64,000 bases of DNA from Chthonomonadales bacterium (GTDB lineage Bacteria > Armatimonadota > Chthonomonadetes > Chthonomonadales > CAJBBX01). Shown piece after piece: positions 1-10,962 of the stretch; the first letter of the stretch is position 1; the number at the start of each line of letters is the position of its first letter. The DNA is taken from contig JBBIPC010000020.1 in NCBI GenBank assembly GCA_037443035.1, positions 1-64,000 of the forward strand, in the 5' to 3' direction. Under the pieces are notes generated by a model. That model was not told where the DNA came from. It saw nothing but the letters and a program-made list of their open reading frames with translations, and searched no databases. A program made the translations under genes and the position numbers.

Positions 1-90
1 AGGGTGGGGGGTGGGTGGGGGGGACGACCCAGGGTTGGCCTGCGGTATAACTTGCTCTGGCAGTGGGCATGTGGGCATATGGAGGATGTG

Positions 91-510
91 ATGGGTCAAC
101 TGGTGCGTTTCGGGGTGTCCGTGCCGGAGGAGTTGGTGGAACGTTTCGACGCGCGCATTGAAGCGCAGGGATACGCCAACCGCTCGGAGGCCATCCGCGA
201 CCTCATGCGTGCCTACCTCGTGGAGGGAGAGTGGGAGAACGCTTCAGGTGAAGTCGTCGGAACCGTGACGATCATGTACGACCATACCCGACCCGAGCTC
301 TCCCAAACGCTGACCGAGATGCAGCATGCATACCTCGGTGCCATCGTGTGCTCGACCCATGTCCACCTCGACCAGCACCACTGCATGGAAGTCGTGGTGC
401 TGCGGGGATCCGTGCAGGAGGTTCAGGAGATCGCTGGCGGGCTCATTGCTGCCAAGGGCGTCAAGCACGGCAAACTGGTCTGCAGCACGGCAGGCAAGGG
501 CCTGGCCTGA
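91..510 (+). CDS. nikR: Nickel-responsive transcriptional regulator NikR
   Basis: N-terminal ribbon-helix-helix (VRFGVSVPEELVERFD...YANRSEAIRDL) and Ni-binding motifs QH and STHVHLDQHHCMEV. ATG at 91 follows a GGAGGA SD at 81-86. Confidence 0.93.
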   Translation: MGQLVRFGVSVPEELVERFDARIEAQGYANRSEAIRDLMRAYLVEGEWENASGEVVGTVTIMYDHTRPELSQTLTEMQHAYLGAIVCSTHVHLDQHHCMEVVVLRGSVQEVQEIAGGLIAAKGVKHGKLVCSTAGKGLA

Positions 511-523
511 GCCCGGTCCGATC

Positions 524-3500
524 CTAGCGCCAGCGTTCCCACTCGCGAATCGCACGCTCGATGATCTCGGCGGCCTGGCGTCTGCGGGTGCCGATCCAGT
601 AGACAGCAACGAGCAGCAGCATTCCCGTGGTAAGAGCGATCAAGCCTATCCACACCTGCGTGATGGCGCTGACGCCTAGGACGGCGGCGAACGCCAGAGC
701 GAAGAGGGTGCCACTGACAACGAACGCACGTATTCGGTGAACAATGCCCCATAGGACCCCTGCAACGCACTCTACGACAAGCAGCAGGGCGTGCAGGGCA
801 GTGCCGCCCTCCTGGAAGTGCTGGTAGAACGCAAGGTAGGTCGGAGACAGAATCATCACGCTGCCGATCCACCACATTATGCTTGCGCTGTCGGCGTTCC
901 CCCGTTTGGCGGCTATGTGGCCGAGAACGAGGAGGTAGATGCCCACCGGCACGAGGTAGAGGTCCAGGACTCCGGCGTTCAGTTCGACATGGTCGTAGAG
1001 GAAAATCGCGTAGGCGATGAAGTAGCCGCCGAAGGCGCAATGGGAGTAGATGGCGCCGGCGCCGAACGCGAACAACGCCGCCCATACCGACGCGGCGCAT
1101 GCGATCGCCAGAATAGCGACTTCCCCGGAACCTGGTCTGTCGACAACGGTGAGAGCGGCAAGCAGCCCTAGGAAGGCGCCACATGCGGCAGTTCCGTAGA
1201 TGGGTGCGGTACAGCACCGGCACCGCTCGATTCGTCTAGTAAGCCGGCCGGCTACTGCCAGCGCACCCGACGCAAGCGCCATGCATGCCGCCCAGCTTTC
1301 CGCCGGCAGTCGAGCCCCTGCGAGATGATATCCAAGCGTGACGAGCGCATGGGCCGAAGTGATCCCGGCCCAAAGAGCGCTCGGCCGATAAACCGTACGG
1401 ATTGCCACGAGCAGGCTTACGGCGAGGAGAGCCGCGGTCGTGGGCCATCCCGCAAGCTTCTGCAGGAGCACCTGCTCGCCAAGACTTCGGAGCTCCCAGA
1501 CCACCGCAAGACCTGCGGCCATCACACGTGCTGGCTGCGCTAGCTCCTCTTCCCGATTGGCTCGCCATCGGTCGCCTGCGACGTATACTGCCGCCAGAAA
1601 CGGGACTTGTGCCAAGAGCCACCAGTCGCCTGGAACATGCAGGATCCGCCCCGTTAGAGCTGACCAGGCCGCAGACCCCGCCAGCACGGAGGCCCATCCC
1701 AAGTACGGGGTTCCGTGCCACGCCGCGGCGCTGTAGAAAGCCGCGCACACCGCTGATCCCAGAGCGAAGGCCCAGGCTCCGATGGGCGGCCGGCTAGGCG
1801 ATGTGGCCAACACGAGCCACGCTGCCCCAGCCAGCACTACCGACCCCGACCACGGCATGACCGCTGGCCGCACTACGGAAGCGGCGGACACGGCAAAGGC
1901 GACCGCGCTGGCACTCAGGACCACGACAGCGTGCTGTGCCGTACTGGACTGCTGTTCGGCGAAAGCTGCACCGATCGCGAAACCCATGCCAAAGACCCCA
2001 CTCGAGGACCCGGTGATGAGAAGCGGGTCGCTCCAGACCTCGGTCCAGGATCGCCGTTCGGCGACGTTCGTTCCTTCCGGTTCCGCCACAGGAGCCGTGC
2101 CCGACTTGGCGAGCGAGCCTGCCGTGACCGTTAGCCAGGCGAATGCGAGCAGGGCTGTGCCGGTGTACAAGTCCGGAAGGCCATGCACGTCCGGAGCAAG
2201 GCTGCGCAGGGCAAGCGACGCCAGGATGGCCAGCCCGGCAAGGCCCGTCGCTGCAAGTACTTGACCAGCGAGCACCTCCTGGCGACGGACAGTCATGCAG
2301 GCACCAGTGGAGCAGATCGCTACGATAGCGCACATCGTCGTCCAGAAGGAGCGCGTGATACCAGCACGCTCGTGCTGCCCCAGGACCACGACGAGGATGA
2401 TCCAACCTGCCAGTGCGACTCCGTGGAGCAGTGGCGCCTCCCAACGATCTGCCGCCCGCTGATACTGGCCAACTGCCCATCTCCGAACGGCTGCAGCTTT
2501 CGCTAGCAGGACGGCGGCGACGGGAACAAGATCCGCTGCCAGGCGGTAGGTGTGGGCGACGGACATCGCCGATGCCATCCGCTCCACAAGGATAACGCCG
2601 GACAGTCCTACCGCTCCCACGGATGTATACAGCACCTCGGGTATGTTGGTCAGAACAGCGGCAGCAGCGTAACCGGCCGCACACAGGACGGCTGGGAGGA
2701 CGACTTCGAACCACCGATCTTCACTCAGCGGCCGACCCGCGAAAATGTTATCCAGCACGCGCAAGACGATGGCCAGACCCGCGCAAGCCAAAGCGACATG
2801 GCTCCAGACCAGGGCTGGGTCCAACCGCTGGGCCGGCATGGACTGCCGGCGGTCAGGCCGAAGCCCTAGGGCCATGTAACACATACCGAGGATTGCCGAG
2901 GCAGTAGCGTAGCGCCACAGCTCGGCGAGCATGAGGACATGGGGCGGCGTGGCGGCGAAGATGGTGGCGAACGTCGTCACTCCAACGCCTGGCAGCACGA
3001 GGTGTTCGTAGAAGACATCCTTCGTGAACCGGCGTAAGCCTGCGGCCACAGACGTTGCCGTGGCGCAACCTAGCGATAGTGACCAGGGCGCTGTCAGAGC
3101 ATCGCCAAGCCAGTACCGGTCTGCTGCGATCACAATGAAACCTGAGATCGCCGCGCCGACACCGCAAAGCGAGTGGGAAGCGACAGTGCTGCGGTCTCGT
3201 GCAGCGAGGCCGTAACGCACGAGGAGAAAGGAGAGGACGAGAGGTAGCAGCGGCACGCCGTACCGGGTGATGAGGCTGATCCACTCCCAGCCAAGAAACT
3301 GGCGCATTCCAGCGACGACGAATGCCCCCGCCACCACTGCGAGGATCTGGAGCCAGTGCTCTTCGACGAACCTTCGAAGCCACGCTGGTCGTGCTTCATC
3401 TGGCGAGGGCTCCCTTGGGGACCCGATAGGTGGCAGCTGTGAACCCACGGACGGCTCTGGAGCGTAGGGTTGCCCGCGTGCAGCGCCCGCCTGCAACCTG

Positions 3501-3727
3501 CTTAGCTCCGCGCGCCTCTGTTCCAGCTCACGGACGAGCATCCCGGCTGTGCCAGGGGATATCAGCCCCCTCTGGCGCCAGGCTGGGATCTGGTGCATGG
3601 CCCATTCCACATGCGCCAGCTCCGTCACCATCTCTACGTCCGTTGGCGCACCGAAACGCGTCCCGCACGCCACGCAGAAGCGGACCCTATCCTCGTTCGA
3701 GTGTCCGCACACGCTGCAGCTCTTCAT
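524..3727 (-). CDS. Large polytopic membrane protein with N-terminal zinc ribbon, function unknown
   Basis: 1067 aa ORF with CSVCGH...FCVACG at the N-terminus followed by a long run of hydrophobic segments. AGGAGG SD upstream. Confidence 0.75.
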   Translation of the reverse strand: MKSCSVCGHSNEDRVRFCVACGTRFGAPTDVEMVTELAHVEWAMHQIPAWRQRGLISPGTAGMLVRELEQRRAELSRLQAGAARGQPYAPEPSVGSQLPPIGSPREPSPDEARPAWLRRFVEEHWLQILAVVAGAFVVAGMRQFLGWEWISLITRYGVPLLPLVLSFLLVRYGLAARDRSTVASHSLCGVGAAISGFIVIAADRYWLGDALTAPWSLSLGCATATSVAAGLRRFTKDVFYEHLVLPGVGVTTFATIFAATPPHVLMLAELWRYATASAILGMCYMALGLRPDRRQSMPAQRLDPALVWSHVALACAGLAIVLRVLDNIFAGRPLSEDRWFEVVLPAVLCAAGYAAAAVLTNIPEVLYTSVGAVGLSGVILVERMASAMSVAHTYRLAADLVPVAAVLLAKAAAVRRWAVGQYQRAADRWEAPLLHGVALAGWIILVVVLGQHERAGITRSFWTTMCAIVAICSTGACMTVRRQEVLAGQVLAATGLAGLAILASLALRSLAPDVHGLPDLYTGTALLAFAWLTVTAGSLAKSGTAPVAEPEGTNVAERRSWTEVWSDPLLITGSSSGVFGMGFAIGAAFAEQQSSTAQHAVVVLSASAVAFAVSAASVVRPAVMPWSGSVVLAGAAWLVLATSPSRPPIGAWAFALGSAVCAAFYSAAAWHGTPYLGWASVLAGSAAWSALTGRILHVPGDWWLLAQVPFLAAVYVAGDRWRANREEELAQPARVMAAGLAVVWELRSLGEQVLLQKLAGWPTTAALLAVSLLVAIRTVYRPSALWAGITSAHALVTLGYHLAGARLPAESWAACMALASGALAVAGRLTRRIERCRCCTAPIYGTAACGAFLGLLAALTVVDRPGSGEVAILAIACAASVWAALFAFGAGAIYSHCAFGGYFIAYAIFLYDHVELNAGVLDLYLVPVGIYLLVLGHIAAKRGNADSASIMWWIGSVMILSPTYLAFYQHFQEGGTALHALLLVVECVAGVLWGIVHRIRAFVVSGTLFALAFAAVLGVSAITQVWIGLIALTTGMLLLVAVYWIGTRRRQAAEIIERAIREWERWR

Positions 3728-3791
3728 CTCATGCGCCTCCTGGAGACATGAGCCGGAGTGCTACTGAGACACTGACCCTATGCAACAGCTT

Positions 3792-3820
3792 ATAGTACCG
3801 CCGGTGCGACACGGCAGCAA
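3792..3820 (-). promoter_or_regulatory. Putative sigma70-type promoter for the zinc-ribbon membrane protein gene
   Basis: Minus strand TTGCTG-N17-TACTAT about 65 nt upstream of the start codon. Confidence 0.45.
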
Positions 3821-3908
3821 GTGCGGATGCGTTCGGTAGGCAGAGTGAGTGCGGAAACCGCCTGTCTTGCCGGACAGGGACGTCCACCCGAAAGCCCTAC
3901 CACTTGCT
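3816..3908. repeat. Nested inverted-repeat element (REP-like element or structured RNA)
   Basis: AGCAAGTG(3816-3823)/CACTTGCT(3901-3908), GTAGG/CCTAC, and inner CCTGTC/GACAGG stems. Confidence 0.45.
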
Positions 3909-4015
3909 CGGGATCCCGTACAAGTCTTCCGCCTGGCAGGACGTACATGGGAGGAACAATGCATGGCCCCGTCGAAGAGCTGCCATGAACATGTCCTTAC
4001 AAGGGGGTGACGATC

Positions 4016-6523
4016 ATGTTCCCAGCATGGACTACCGTTCGGTTTCCCAACGATACTGTCATGGCGCCGCCTGCATATGTTCGGCAGGTACGCAACTGGG
4101 CGTTGGAAGCGTTCACAGGGAAGCCAGGAGAAGACGGTAGCGCGCGTGTTCGGCTTCGGGTACTGCGGCAGGATCATAGCACGCTCCACTTCGGCCGCTC
4201 GGCCATCGAGACCCCGCTCCGAATCGGGAGCAGGTCATTTCAGCGGGGGCTTGGCACGCACGCATTCAGCGACATCGCCGTCTCGGTACCCGAAGGAGCT
4301 GTCCGCTTCGAGGCTGCTGTAGGTGTGGACAACAACGCCGACACTGGGGGCAGGCGTGGATCCGTTGAGTTCGTTGTGCTCGTGGATGGAGAGGAAGTCG
4401 CTAGAACCCCAGTCTTGAAGGCTGGCGACCCGCCTGTGCCGATCGTGTTGCGCGTTCCGGTGGGTGCACGCGAGCTCCGTCTGCAGGTAACGGACGGAGG
4501 CGATGGCGTCGCATTCGATCAGGCGGATTGGGCGGACGCTGCATTCGTCATGGCGGACCGCTCCACTCGATATCTGGATGAGGGGCAACTCGACCTGCCG
4601 ATGGCTGGTACAGAAGTGACGTTCTCGTTCGTACTCGGCGGACAGTCTTCGCGGGACCTGCTCGATAGCTGGGCGAGGGAAACCCAGGTAGCGGATACAT
4701 CCGACTCATCGAGGATCCGTACTGTGTGGCGGGAGCCTCGTCCTGGACTCGTGGTGACCCTGGAAGCACGGGCCTTCAAGCGGTACCCGGCGGTGGAGTG
4801 GGTACTGTACTTCGAGAACCAGGGCGCGGTAGACACTCCCATACTCGAGAAGGTTCGCGCTCTCGATCTTCGTTTCGCATCGGGATTCGCGCGGCTGCCC
4901 GTCACGCTGCATCACCTGAATGGGGATACCTGCAGCGAAACGTCCTTCGAGCCACGCAGCACGACACTCGAGGCAGGGAAGCCTATCCATTGGGCTCCGA
5001 CGGGAGGACGCCCGTCCTCCATGACAGCGTTCCCGTTCTGGAATATGCAGTACACGGACCGTGGCATCATCGTCGGGCTTGGATGGACCGGCCAGTGGTG
5101 CGCGGATTTCGCACGTCTGCCGGAGGGGCCATCCAAGATCGAGGCAGGCATGGAGGTACTGCGTACGGTTCTGCATCCTGGCGAACGGATCCGTACGCCA
5201 CGCGTCCTCATGATGCCCTGGCAAGGGGATCGGACCATGGCGCATGTCCGATTTCGCAGGCTCATGATGGAGTACTTCACACCACACATGAGTGGCAAGG
5301 TGGCGGTGCCGCCTTTGGCAATCCAGTCCTTCGATCGGTACCATTCGCGGGACGGCTGGGCAACGGAAGCGGGCCAACTCGTGTACGTACGGACCGCAGC
5401 CGACTTGGGCTTCGACAGTGTTTGGCTCGATGCGGCCTGGTTTCCTGGAGGTTTTCCGAACGGGGTTGGTAGTTGGTACGCTGAGCCGAACAAGTTCCCG
5501 CGCGGGTTAAGGCCGATCGCCGATGCAGCTCACGAGCGGAAACTGCGTTTCATTCTCTGGTTCGAGCCTGAACGCGTGGCGCCAGGGTCCCAGATCGCTG
5601 CCGAGCACCCGGAGTGGGTGTTTGGCGGACCGAACGGAGGCTTGTTCAAGCTGAACGATCCGCAGGCACGGAAATGGCTCACCGATCTCTTGATTCAGCG
5701 TATTCGGGAATACGGCGTTGACGTGTACAGGAATGACTTCAACATAGACCCTCTACCATTCTGGCAGGCAGCCGACACGGAAAACCGGCAGGGCATGACG
5801 GAGATACGCTATGTAGAAGGTCTTTATGAAATGTGGGACGCGATTTTGCGCGAATGCGCGGGCGTGCAAATAGATAACTGCGCCAGTGGAGGTCGGCGCC
5901 TCGACTTGGAGATGATGATGCGTTCCGTGCCGCTCTGGAGAAGCGACACTGGCTGCTGGGCCGGGCATCCGGAGTGGAATCAAATGCAGACGATGGCTCT
6001 TGCGGAATACCTGCCGCTTTTCACGGTGGGGCTATGGTCCCCGGATCCGTACGAGCGCCGTAGCGCCGCCACGGCAGGAGTACCGTGTGAGGTGCCGTAC
6101 CTGGACGAAGGATACGATGCTACATCGTGGAAGCTGGCAGTATCCGAGATCTCTGCCTTGCGCGAATACTGGTTTGGCGACTTCTATCCAATAGCCCGGG
6201 CTGACGTGGCCGCCGACGGGGTTGCTGGATGGCAGCTTCACCGGCCCGATCTCGACGCCGGCGTTATATACTGCTTCCGCCGAAGCGAGTCGGCTCTGGC
6301 CGGAGTTGTGGTCGTTCCGAGGGGTGTGAAGGCTCGAAACCGGTATGTTGTGATGCAGCTCGGCGAAGATGGCCGCTCTGTAACGAGAAGCCTTACGGGC
6401 AAGGAACTGCTCGATGGGGTCGTTATCCGATGGCCGAAAGGCAGGTCTTCCATCGTGGTACACTACAAAGCGGCTTCCGCGGGTGCTCCGCCGTCCAGAC
6501 CCGGTGCCGTCAAGAAGCTGTAG
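4016..6523 (+). CDS. Alpha-galactosidase-like glycoside hydrolase (GH36) with N-terminal NPCBM/NEW2 module
   Basis: NPCBM signature (RGLGTHAFS...FEAAVGVD...DQADWADA). GH36 motifs WLDAAWF, LWFEPE, YRNDFN and IDNCASGGRR. Confidence 0.85.
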   Translation: MFPAWTTVRFPNDTVMAPPAYVRQVRNWALEAFTGKPGEDGSARVRLRVLRQDHSTLHFGRSAIETPLRIGSRSFQRGLGTHAFSDIAVSVPEGAVRFEAAVGVDNNADTGGRRGSVEFVVLVDGEEVARTPVLKAGDPPVPIVLRVPVGARELRLQVTDGGDGVAFDQADWADAAFVMADRSTRYLDEGQLDLPMAGTEVTFSFVLGGQSSRDLLDSWARETQVADTSDSSRIRTVWREPRPGLVVTLEARAFKRYPAVEWVLYFENQGAVDTPILEKVRALDLRFASGFARLPVTLHHLNGDTCSETSFEPRSTTLEAGKPIHWAPTGGRPSSMTAFPFWNMQYTDRGIIVGLGWTGQWCADFARLPEGPSKIEAGMEVLRTVLHPGERIRTPRVLMMPWQGDRTMAHVRFRRLMMEYFTPHMSGKVAVPPLAIQSFDRYHSRDGWATEAGQLVYVRTAADLGFDSVWLDAAWFPGGFPNGVGSWYAEPNKFPRGLRPIADAAHERKLRFILWFEPERVAPGSQIAAEHPEWVFGGPNGGLFKLNDPQARKWLTDLLIQRIREYGVDVYRNDFNIDPLPFWQAADTENRQGMTEIRYVEGLYEMWDAILRECAGVQIDNCASGGRRLDLEMMMRSVPLWRSDTGCWAGHPEWNQMQTMALAEYLPLFTVGLWSPDPYERRSAATAGVPCEVPYLDEGYDATSWKLAVSEISALREYWFGDFYPIARADVAADGVAGWQLHRPDLDAGVIYCFRRSESALAGVVVVPRGVKARNRYVVMQLGEDGRSVTRSLTGKELLDGVVIRWPKGRSSIVVHYKAASAGAPPSRPGAVKKL

Positions 6524-6601
6524 AGGGCGGAGACGGTGGCGCAGAGTGGCCGTCGGTAGCCATGTGTGAATGGCGCTTGGCCGAGCCAGAGGAGGACGTC
6601 C

Positions 6602-9460
6602 ATGAGGAGTCTAGTGTTGCAGACAGGGGCAACAGTGGTGGCGGTTCTGCTGAGCCTATGCTGTTTGGGTGAACCTAAGACACTGACCTACAGAGACTTC
6701 ATTCGGCAACTCACGGATTTCGACCGCCTCACCGCACTGCAGGCGGGCGTGCAGGCGGGGCTGTTCTCGAGCTGGGATCGTGGAAGCCTCCAGGTTTGGG
6801 GTGCGAATGGAGATGCGGGCCATTACCTCAGGATCGAGGAAAACGGCGAAGCGGTGATGATGGACGTAGACGGACCGGGGTGTATCTACCGGATCTGGTC
6901 GGCCAACCCACAGGGCACCATCCGTGTTTACCTGGACGGCGCCGAGAAGCCGACATACGAATGGGATTTCAACGAACTCTTCAAAGGCACCATCCCGCCG
7001 TTCCAGAAGCCGTTCGTGTGGCAGCGGGAAGACCGGCGCGCATCGGACTGCTACTTGCCTATACCGTTTTCTAAGCATATTAAGATAACGGCAGACAAGA
7101 AGCACGTCCAATACTACCATTTCAACTACCTGCTATTTCCGAAGGACTGGACCATCGAGAGCTTCCGACTTCCCCTGACGGGCGAGGAAATCGGGCTGCT
7201 GACGGACGCAGCGGTCATTTGGGCGAAGCCGGGCAACGATCCGAAACCGCGGCTGAGCGGGCAGAGAACCGAGCGGAAAACTGTGGAGATCGCGCCGGGG
7301 GAGACGGCGACGCTGGTGGACTTGCCGGGGCCGGCCATGATACGGGCCGTCCGTATGTTCGTGGCGTCGGAACAGCGATACGCGTGGCGCAAGCTCGTGC
7401 TGAAGGGGACCTGGGATGGGGCTGCTTGGCCTCAGGTGCTGAGCCCCCTCGGACCGTTTTTCGGGTTCGACTGGGACACCGCTGAGTACGCATCCGTGCC
7501 AGTAGGTTGCCGAGGTGGTACCGCCTATGCCTACTGGCCCATGCCTTTCCAGCGCCGCGGTAGGTTGGAGCTGACGAACTACCTGGAGCGGATGGCGCGC
7601 GTGACTTATGAGATCGAGTGGGCGCCTGTGCCGAATCTACCTGCAGACTCCCTCTACTTCTATGCTCGGTGGCGGTCCGAGCCAGACACGAAGACCTTCG
7701 ACTATCCGTTTCTGGAGACGGCCGGTCGGGGACATTTCGTGGGGGTGGCGATGCCCATTGATCATCCACTACCTGGTTGGTGGGGAGAAGGCGACGAGAA
7801 GGTGTGGGTGGACGACGACGACTGGCCTCGGTTCATTGGCACTGGCTCGGAAGACTATTTCGGGGACGCCTGGGGAATTCGCTACCTCAACGGGCCAAGT
7901 TGGGGCTGCAGCTACCAGACAGCCAATCGCACCTGCAACTACCGCTGGCACTTCATGGATCTTATCCCCTTCGAGAAGCGCATGCGGCTGACCATCGAGA
8001 ACTACGGCCCGAACGGTGTGGGGCCGCGCGGGTTCTATGAGTACACCTCGACGGCCTTCTGGTACCAGGCGGAAGTCACGCCGCCCTTCGAGCAGCTTAG
8101 AGGCGTGTCGTTCACCGGTGGGAACGATCCCCTGGGCAAGCCGGAGAAGCTGACCTACACCGGAGCACAGCTCTTCAGAAACCCGGACGCCGTCGCCCTG
8201 CGGACCTACGGAAAGAGTACCCGTCACGTGTTCGAGGCAGAAGACTTGCTCAGGGATGCGGTGCGCATGGGAGTGGGCCACATTATCTCCGACGCCGGTG
8301 AGCCGTACGAGCTGAGCCGAGAACGTGGAGTCGATTTCGGCACGGTGCAGCCAGGTGCGGTTCTTGCCGGGTTCACCCTGAAGCCGGCCGAGACCGGCGT
8401 GTACCAGCCTGAGATTCTCCTAGCGCCGCTGAAGGACGGTGCCGACGTGTCCCTGGAACTCGGCGGGCAGTGGGTCGAGGTGGCGGGGAAACCGGATACG
8501 AGTACCGTCCGACTGAAACCAGTGCTGCTTGACAAAGGAGGAGTACAAGCCAAGTTCGTGGCTGCCACGGCGGGTCGAGCAATCGTGGACGGATTGCGTC
8601 TGTCTCCGGTACCGAAGGCACCGCGAGCTCTCGAGGCTGAGGACTTGCGGACGTCCGTGGCTGCGGGCACTCCCGCGCCCCAGCCGAGCCCTCCCATTGA
8701 AGGTGTCAGCGGCGGACGGATCCTCGAATGGCATCCCACCGCTCAGGGCCAGGCGATGACCATTACGCTGCCATCCCCGTCGCAAGGCAGGGTACTCGGT
8801 GTCCGTGCCATGTCGGGTCCGGTGGGTGGCATTATCCAGGCGTTTGTGGCAGGCAATGCAGTAGGCCCGAGCTTTGACCTTTATGCACCGGAGAAGGCTG
8901 CCAATGAAGCTGTCTGGCCTCTCGGTGTAATACCAGCCGGTGCCAAGGAAGTGGAGATTCGCGTGGTGGGAAAGAACCCGGCGTCGCAGGGGGTTCACGT
9001 CGGGCTGGACTATTTCCGATGGGAGCCGCAGATCATCTCGGCAGACAGTGACCCGGGCGTGTGGGCAGGCGTGGCCTCGGTGCGTGGGTGCAGCTACGAG
9101 ATTCAGCCTCTGGGAGCCGGGTTCTCGGCAGGACATCAACTGTGGATTCAGCCGAGCTCGCGCGGGGCGTTCGTGGATATCGCGTTCTTCGTTCCCAGGG
9201 GCGGGGACTACAACGTGGCCCTCCGGCTGACGAAGTCTTGGGACTACGCTGTTGTGCAGGCAGAACTCGACGGCAGAGAGGTCGGACCGAGGGTGGACTG
9301 CTATTCGCCTACAGTAACATTGAGCGACACCATCTCTCTTGGCACATTCAACGTAGCACCCGGCAGGCACGTTCTGAAGCTCAAGGCCGTAGATAAGAAC
9401 GGCGAGTCGCGCGGCTATCTCATGGGCGTGGATGACGTGATCGTCAAGCAGGGGCGCTGA
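6602..9460 (+). CDS. Secreted DUF2961 (GH172-like) glycoside hydrolase with C-terminal beta-sandwich modules
   Basis: Signal peptide; [21 protein letters not shown] and GTGSEDYF motifs typical of DUF2961; repeated (F/L)EAEDL module starts in the C-terminal half. Confidence 0.8.
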   Translation: MRSLVLQTGATVVAVLLSLCCLGEPKTLTYRDFIRQLTDFDRLTALQAGVQAGLFSSWDRGSLQVWGANGDAGHYLRIEENGEAVMMDVDGPGCIYRIWSANPQGTIRVYLDGAEKPTYEWDFNELFKGTIPPFQKPFVWQREDRRASDCYLPIPFSKHIKITADKKHVQYYHFNYLLFPKDWTIESFRLPLTGEEIGLLTDAAVIWAKPGNDPKPRLSGQRTERKTVEIAPGETATLVDLPGPAMIRAVRMFVASEQRYAWRKLVLKGTWDGAAWPQVLSPLGPFFGFDWDTAEYASVPVGCRGGTAYAYWPMPFQRRGRLELTNYLERMARVTYEIEWAPVPNLPADSLYFYARWRSEPDTKTFDYPFLETAGRGHFVGVAMPIDHPLPGWWGEGDEKVWVDDDDWPRFIGTGSEDYFGDAWGIRYLNGPSWGCSYQTANRTCNYRWHFMDLIPFEKRMRLTIENYGPNGVGPRGFYEYTSTAFWYQAEVTPPFEQLRGVSFTGGNDPLGKPEKLTYTGAQLFRNPDAVALRTYGKSTRHVFEAEDLLRDAVRMGVGHIISDAGEPYELSRERGVDFGTVQPGAVLAGFTLKPAETGVYQPEILLAPLKDGADVSLELGGQWVEVAGKPDTSTVRLKPVLLDKGGVQAKFVAATAGRAIVDGLRLSPVPKAPRALEAEDLRTSVAAGTPAPQPSPPIEGVSGGRILEWHPTAQGQAMTITLPSPSQGRVLGVRAMSGPVGGIIQAFVAGNAVGPSFDLYAPEKAANEAVWPLGVIPAGAKEVEIRVVGKNPASQGVHVGLDYFRWEPQIISADSDPGVWAGVASVRGCSYEIQPLGAGFSAGHQLWIQPSSRGAFVDIAFFVPRGGDYNVALRLTKSWDYAVVQAELDGREVGPRVDCYSPTVTLSDTISLGTFNVAPGRHVLKLKAVDKNGESRGYLMGVDDVIVKQGR

Positions 9461-9512
9461 CCATCACCGATCCTCGATGCAGGAGCCCACAACGCTAAGA
9501 ATGGAGGAACAG

Positions 9513-9995
9513 ATGCTTAGCAAGACCATGCAGGAGGCCCTCAACGGCCAGATCCAGAAAGAGTTTGCCTCATCCTATCTCTACCTAGCTATGGCTGCCT
9601 ACTGCGAGACTCAGAATCTGCCTGGGTTCGCGACATGGCTGAAAGTGCAAGCGCAGGAGGAGTGGGGGCATGGCATGAAGATCTACGAGTTCATCCTCGA
9701 TCGAGGAGGCACGGTATCTCTTCAGGCCATCGAGCAGCCGCCGGTGGAGTTCGGCACGCCTGTGGACGTTTTCAAGGCGGTGCTGAAACACGAGCAGAAG
9801 ATAACGGCAGCGATCAACGATCTCTACTCCCTGGCCGCCAAAGAGAACGACTACGCGACGCAGATCATGCTACAGTGGTTCATTACCGAACAGGTCGAGG
9901 AGGAGAAGACGGCGAGTGACATCCTGGCGCTCCTGAAGATGGCAGGCGAACACGTGGTCGTGCTGGACCACCGCCTCGGGAAGCGGGGAGAGTAG
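9513..9995 (+). CDS. ftnA: Non-heme ferritin
   Basis: [26 protein letters not shown] and [12 protein letters not shown] ferroxidase-centre motifs. GGAGGA SD before ATG 9513. Confidence 0.93.
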   Translation: MLSKTMQEALNGQIQKEFASSYLYLAMAAYCETQNLPGFATWLKVQAQEEWGHGMKIYEFILDRGGTVSLQAIEQPPVEFGTPVDVFKAVLKHEQKITAAINDLYSLAAKENDYATQIMLQWFITEQVEEEKTASDILALLKMAGEHVVVLDHRLGKRGE

Positions 9996-10024
9996 TCGGA
10001 GCACCGAGGCAACGGTCGAAAGCT

Positions 10025-10052
10025 GGGGCGGCGCAAGCCGCCCCTTGTTGTT
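10025..10052 (+). terminator. Rho-independent terminator after ferritin
   Basis: GGGGCGGC-GCAA-GCCGCCCC perfect 8 bp hairpin followed by TTGTTGTT. Confidence 0.75.
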
Positions 10053-10092
10053 CGCTGTTGACCTAGCGCTCTGTGTCTAGTGATGCGGAAAC

Positions 10093-10962
10093 TCATCCTT
10101 TCAGTGCACCCACGACCATCGTGTCATGGATGCGGTCGCGGAAAACCCAGTAGATAGCCAGTACCGGTGCCATGACGATAACAAGACCCGCAAAGAGCGC
10201 GCCCCAGTCGCTCTGATAATGTTCCACCATCATCAGGTTCGCAATCCCCAGTGGCAGCGTGCGTATTTCGTCGCTCGCCACGATCACCAGGGCTAGCGGG
10301 TACTCGTTCCATAGTCCGATGGCATTGAAGATGCCCACAACCAACAGGCCCGGTCGAGTGAGTGGCAACATCACTCTCCAGAACGCTGCGGTGTGGCTGC
10401 AGCCGTCTATCATGGCCGCTTCGAGGAGCTCGTGGGGGAGGGTTTGAAAGAAGCCGGTCATGACGAATACTGTGAATGGCAGGGAATAGGCCACATAGAC
10501 GAGCGTAAGCCCGCTGAGAGTGTCGAGAAGCCCCAGGTCGCGTAGTAGGAGAAACAGCGGCACAATCGCAAGGAAAATGGGGAACATCATGCCGCCAAGG
10601 AAGGCCGCGAACAGCAGCCTCGAACCGCGGAATGGGTAGCGTGCCAGCACGTAAGCGGTCATGGCCCCGGTGGGCAACAAGATGGCCAGCGTAGCCACGG
10701 TGACGATGACGCTGTTGGCAAAGCACCGCGCAATACCAGCCTCGGTCCATGCACGCCGATAGTTCTCCCATCGGATGGCGGCAGGCAGGCTCCACGGCGA
10801 AGCGAAGATCTCCGGACTGCTCTTGAGGGATGTTACCAGCACCCACACCAAAGGCAACACGACGGAGGCCGCGAAAAGGGCCAGTCCGAACAGCACAAGC
10901 AGCCGCCAGATGCACACTACGAAGGACTTGTGCCCAACAGGCTGCGGAGGGTCGGGGCTCAT
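10093..10962 (-). CDS. Carbohydrate ABC transporter permease (CUT1, MalG-like)
   Basis: EAA motif ELLEAAMIDGC; WNEY; about six TM segments. Confidence 0.92.
   Translation of the reverse strand: MSPDPPQPVGHKSFVVCIWRLLVLFGLALFAASVVLPLVWVLVTSLKSSPEIFASPWSLPAAIRWENYRRAWTEAGIARCFANSVIVTVATLAILLPTGAMTAYVLARYPFRGSRLLFAAFLGGMMFPIFLAIVPLFLLLRDLGLLDTLSGLTLVYVAYSLPFTVFVMTGFFQTLPHELLEAAMIDGCSHTAAFWRVMLPLTRPGLLVVGIFNAIGLWNEYPLALVIVASDEIRTLPLGIANLMMVEHYQSDWGALFAGLVIVMAPVLAIYWVFRDRIHDTMVVGALKG

Noticed and set aside
45..72. NikR operator (GTATGA-N16-TCATAC type) upstream of nikR
   Set aside because: Only one plausible half-site (GTATAA), which is better read as a -10 box; the second half (GCATGT) matches poorly.
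3750..3810. TPP riboswitch-like fragment (GGAGTGC..CTGAGA..ACCC)
   Set aside because: The conserved ACCTGAT and downstream stem elements are absent, and no thiamine gene follows.
9513..9995. Functional link between ferritin and the UBact system, by analogy to ferritin pupylation in Corynebacterium
   Set aside because: The genes are 40 kb apart and nothing in the sequence supports it; it remains only a substrate guess.
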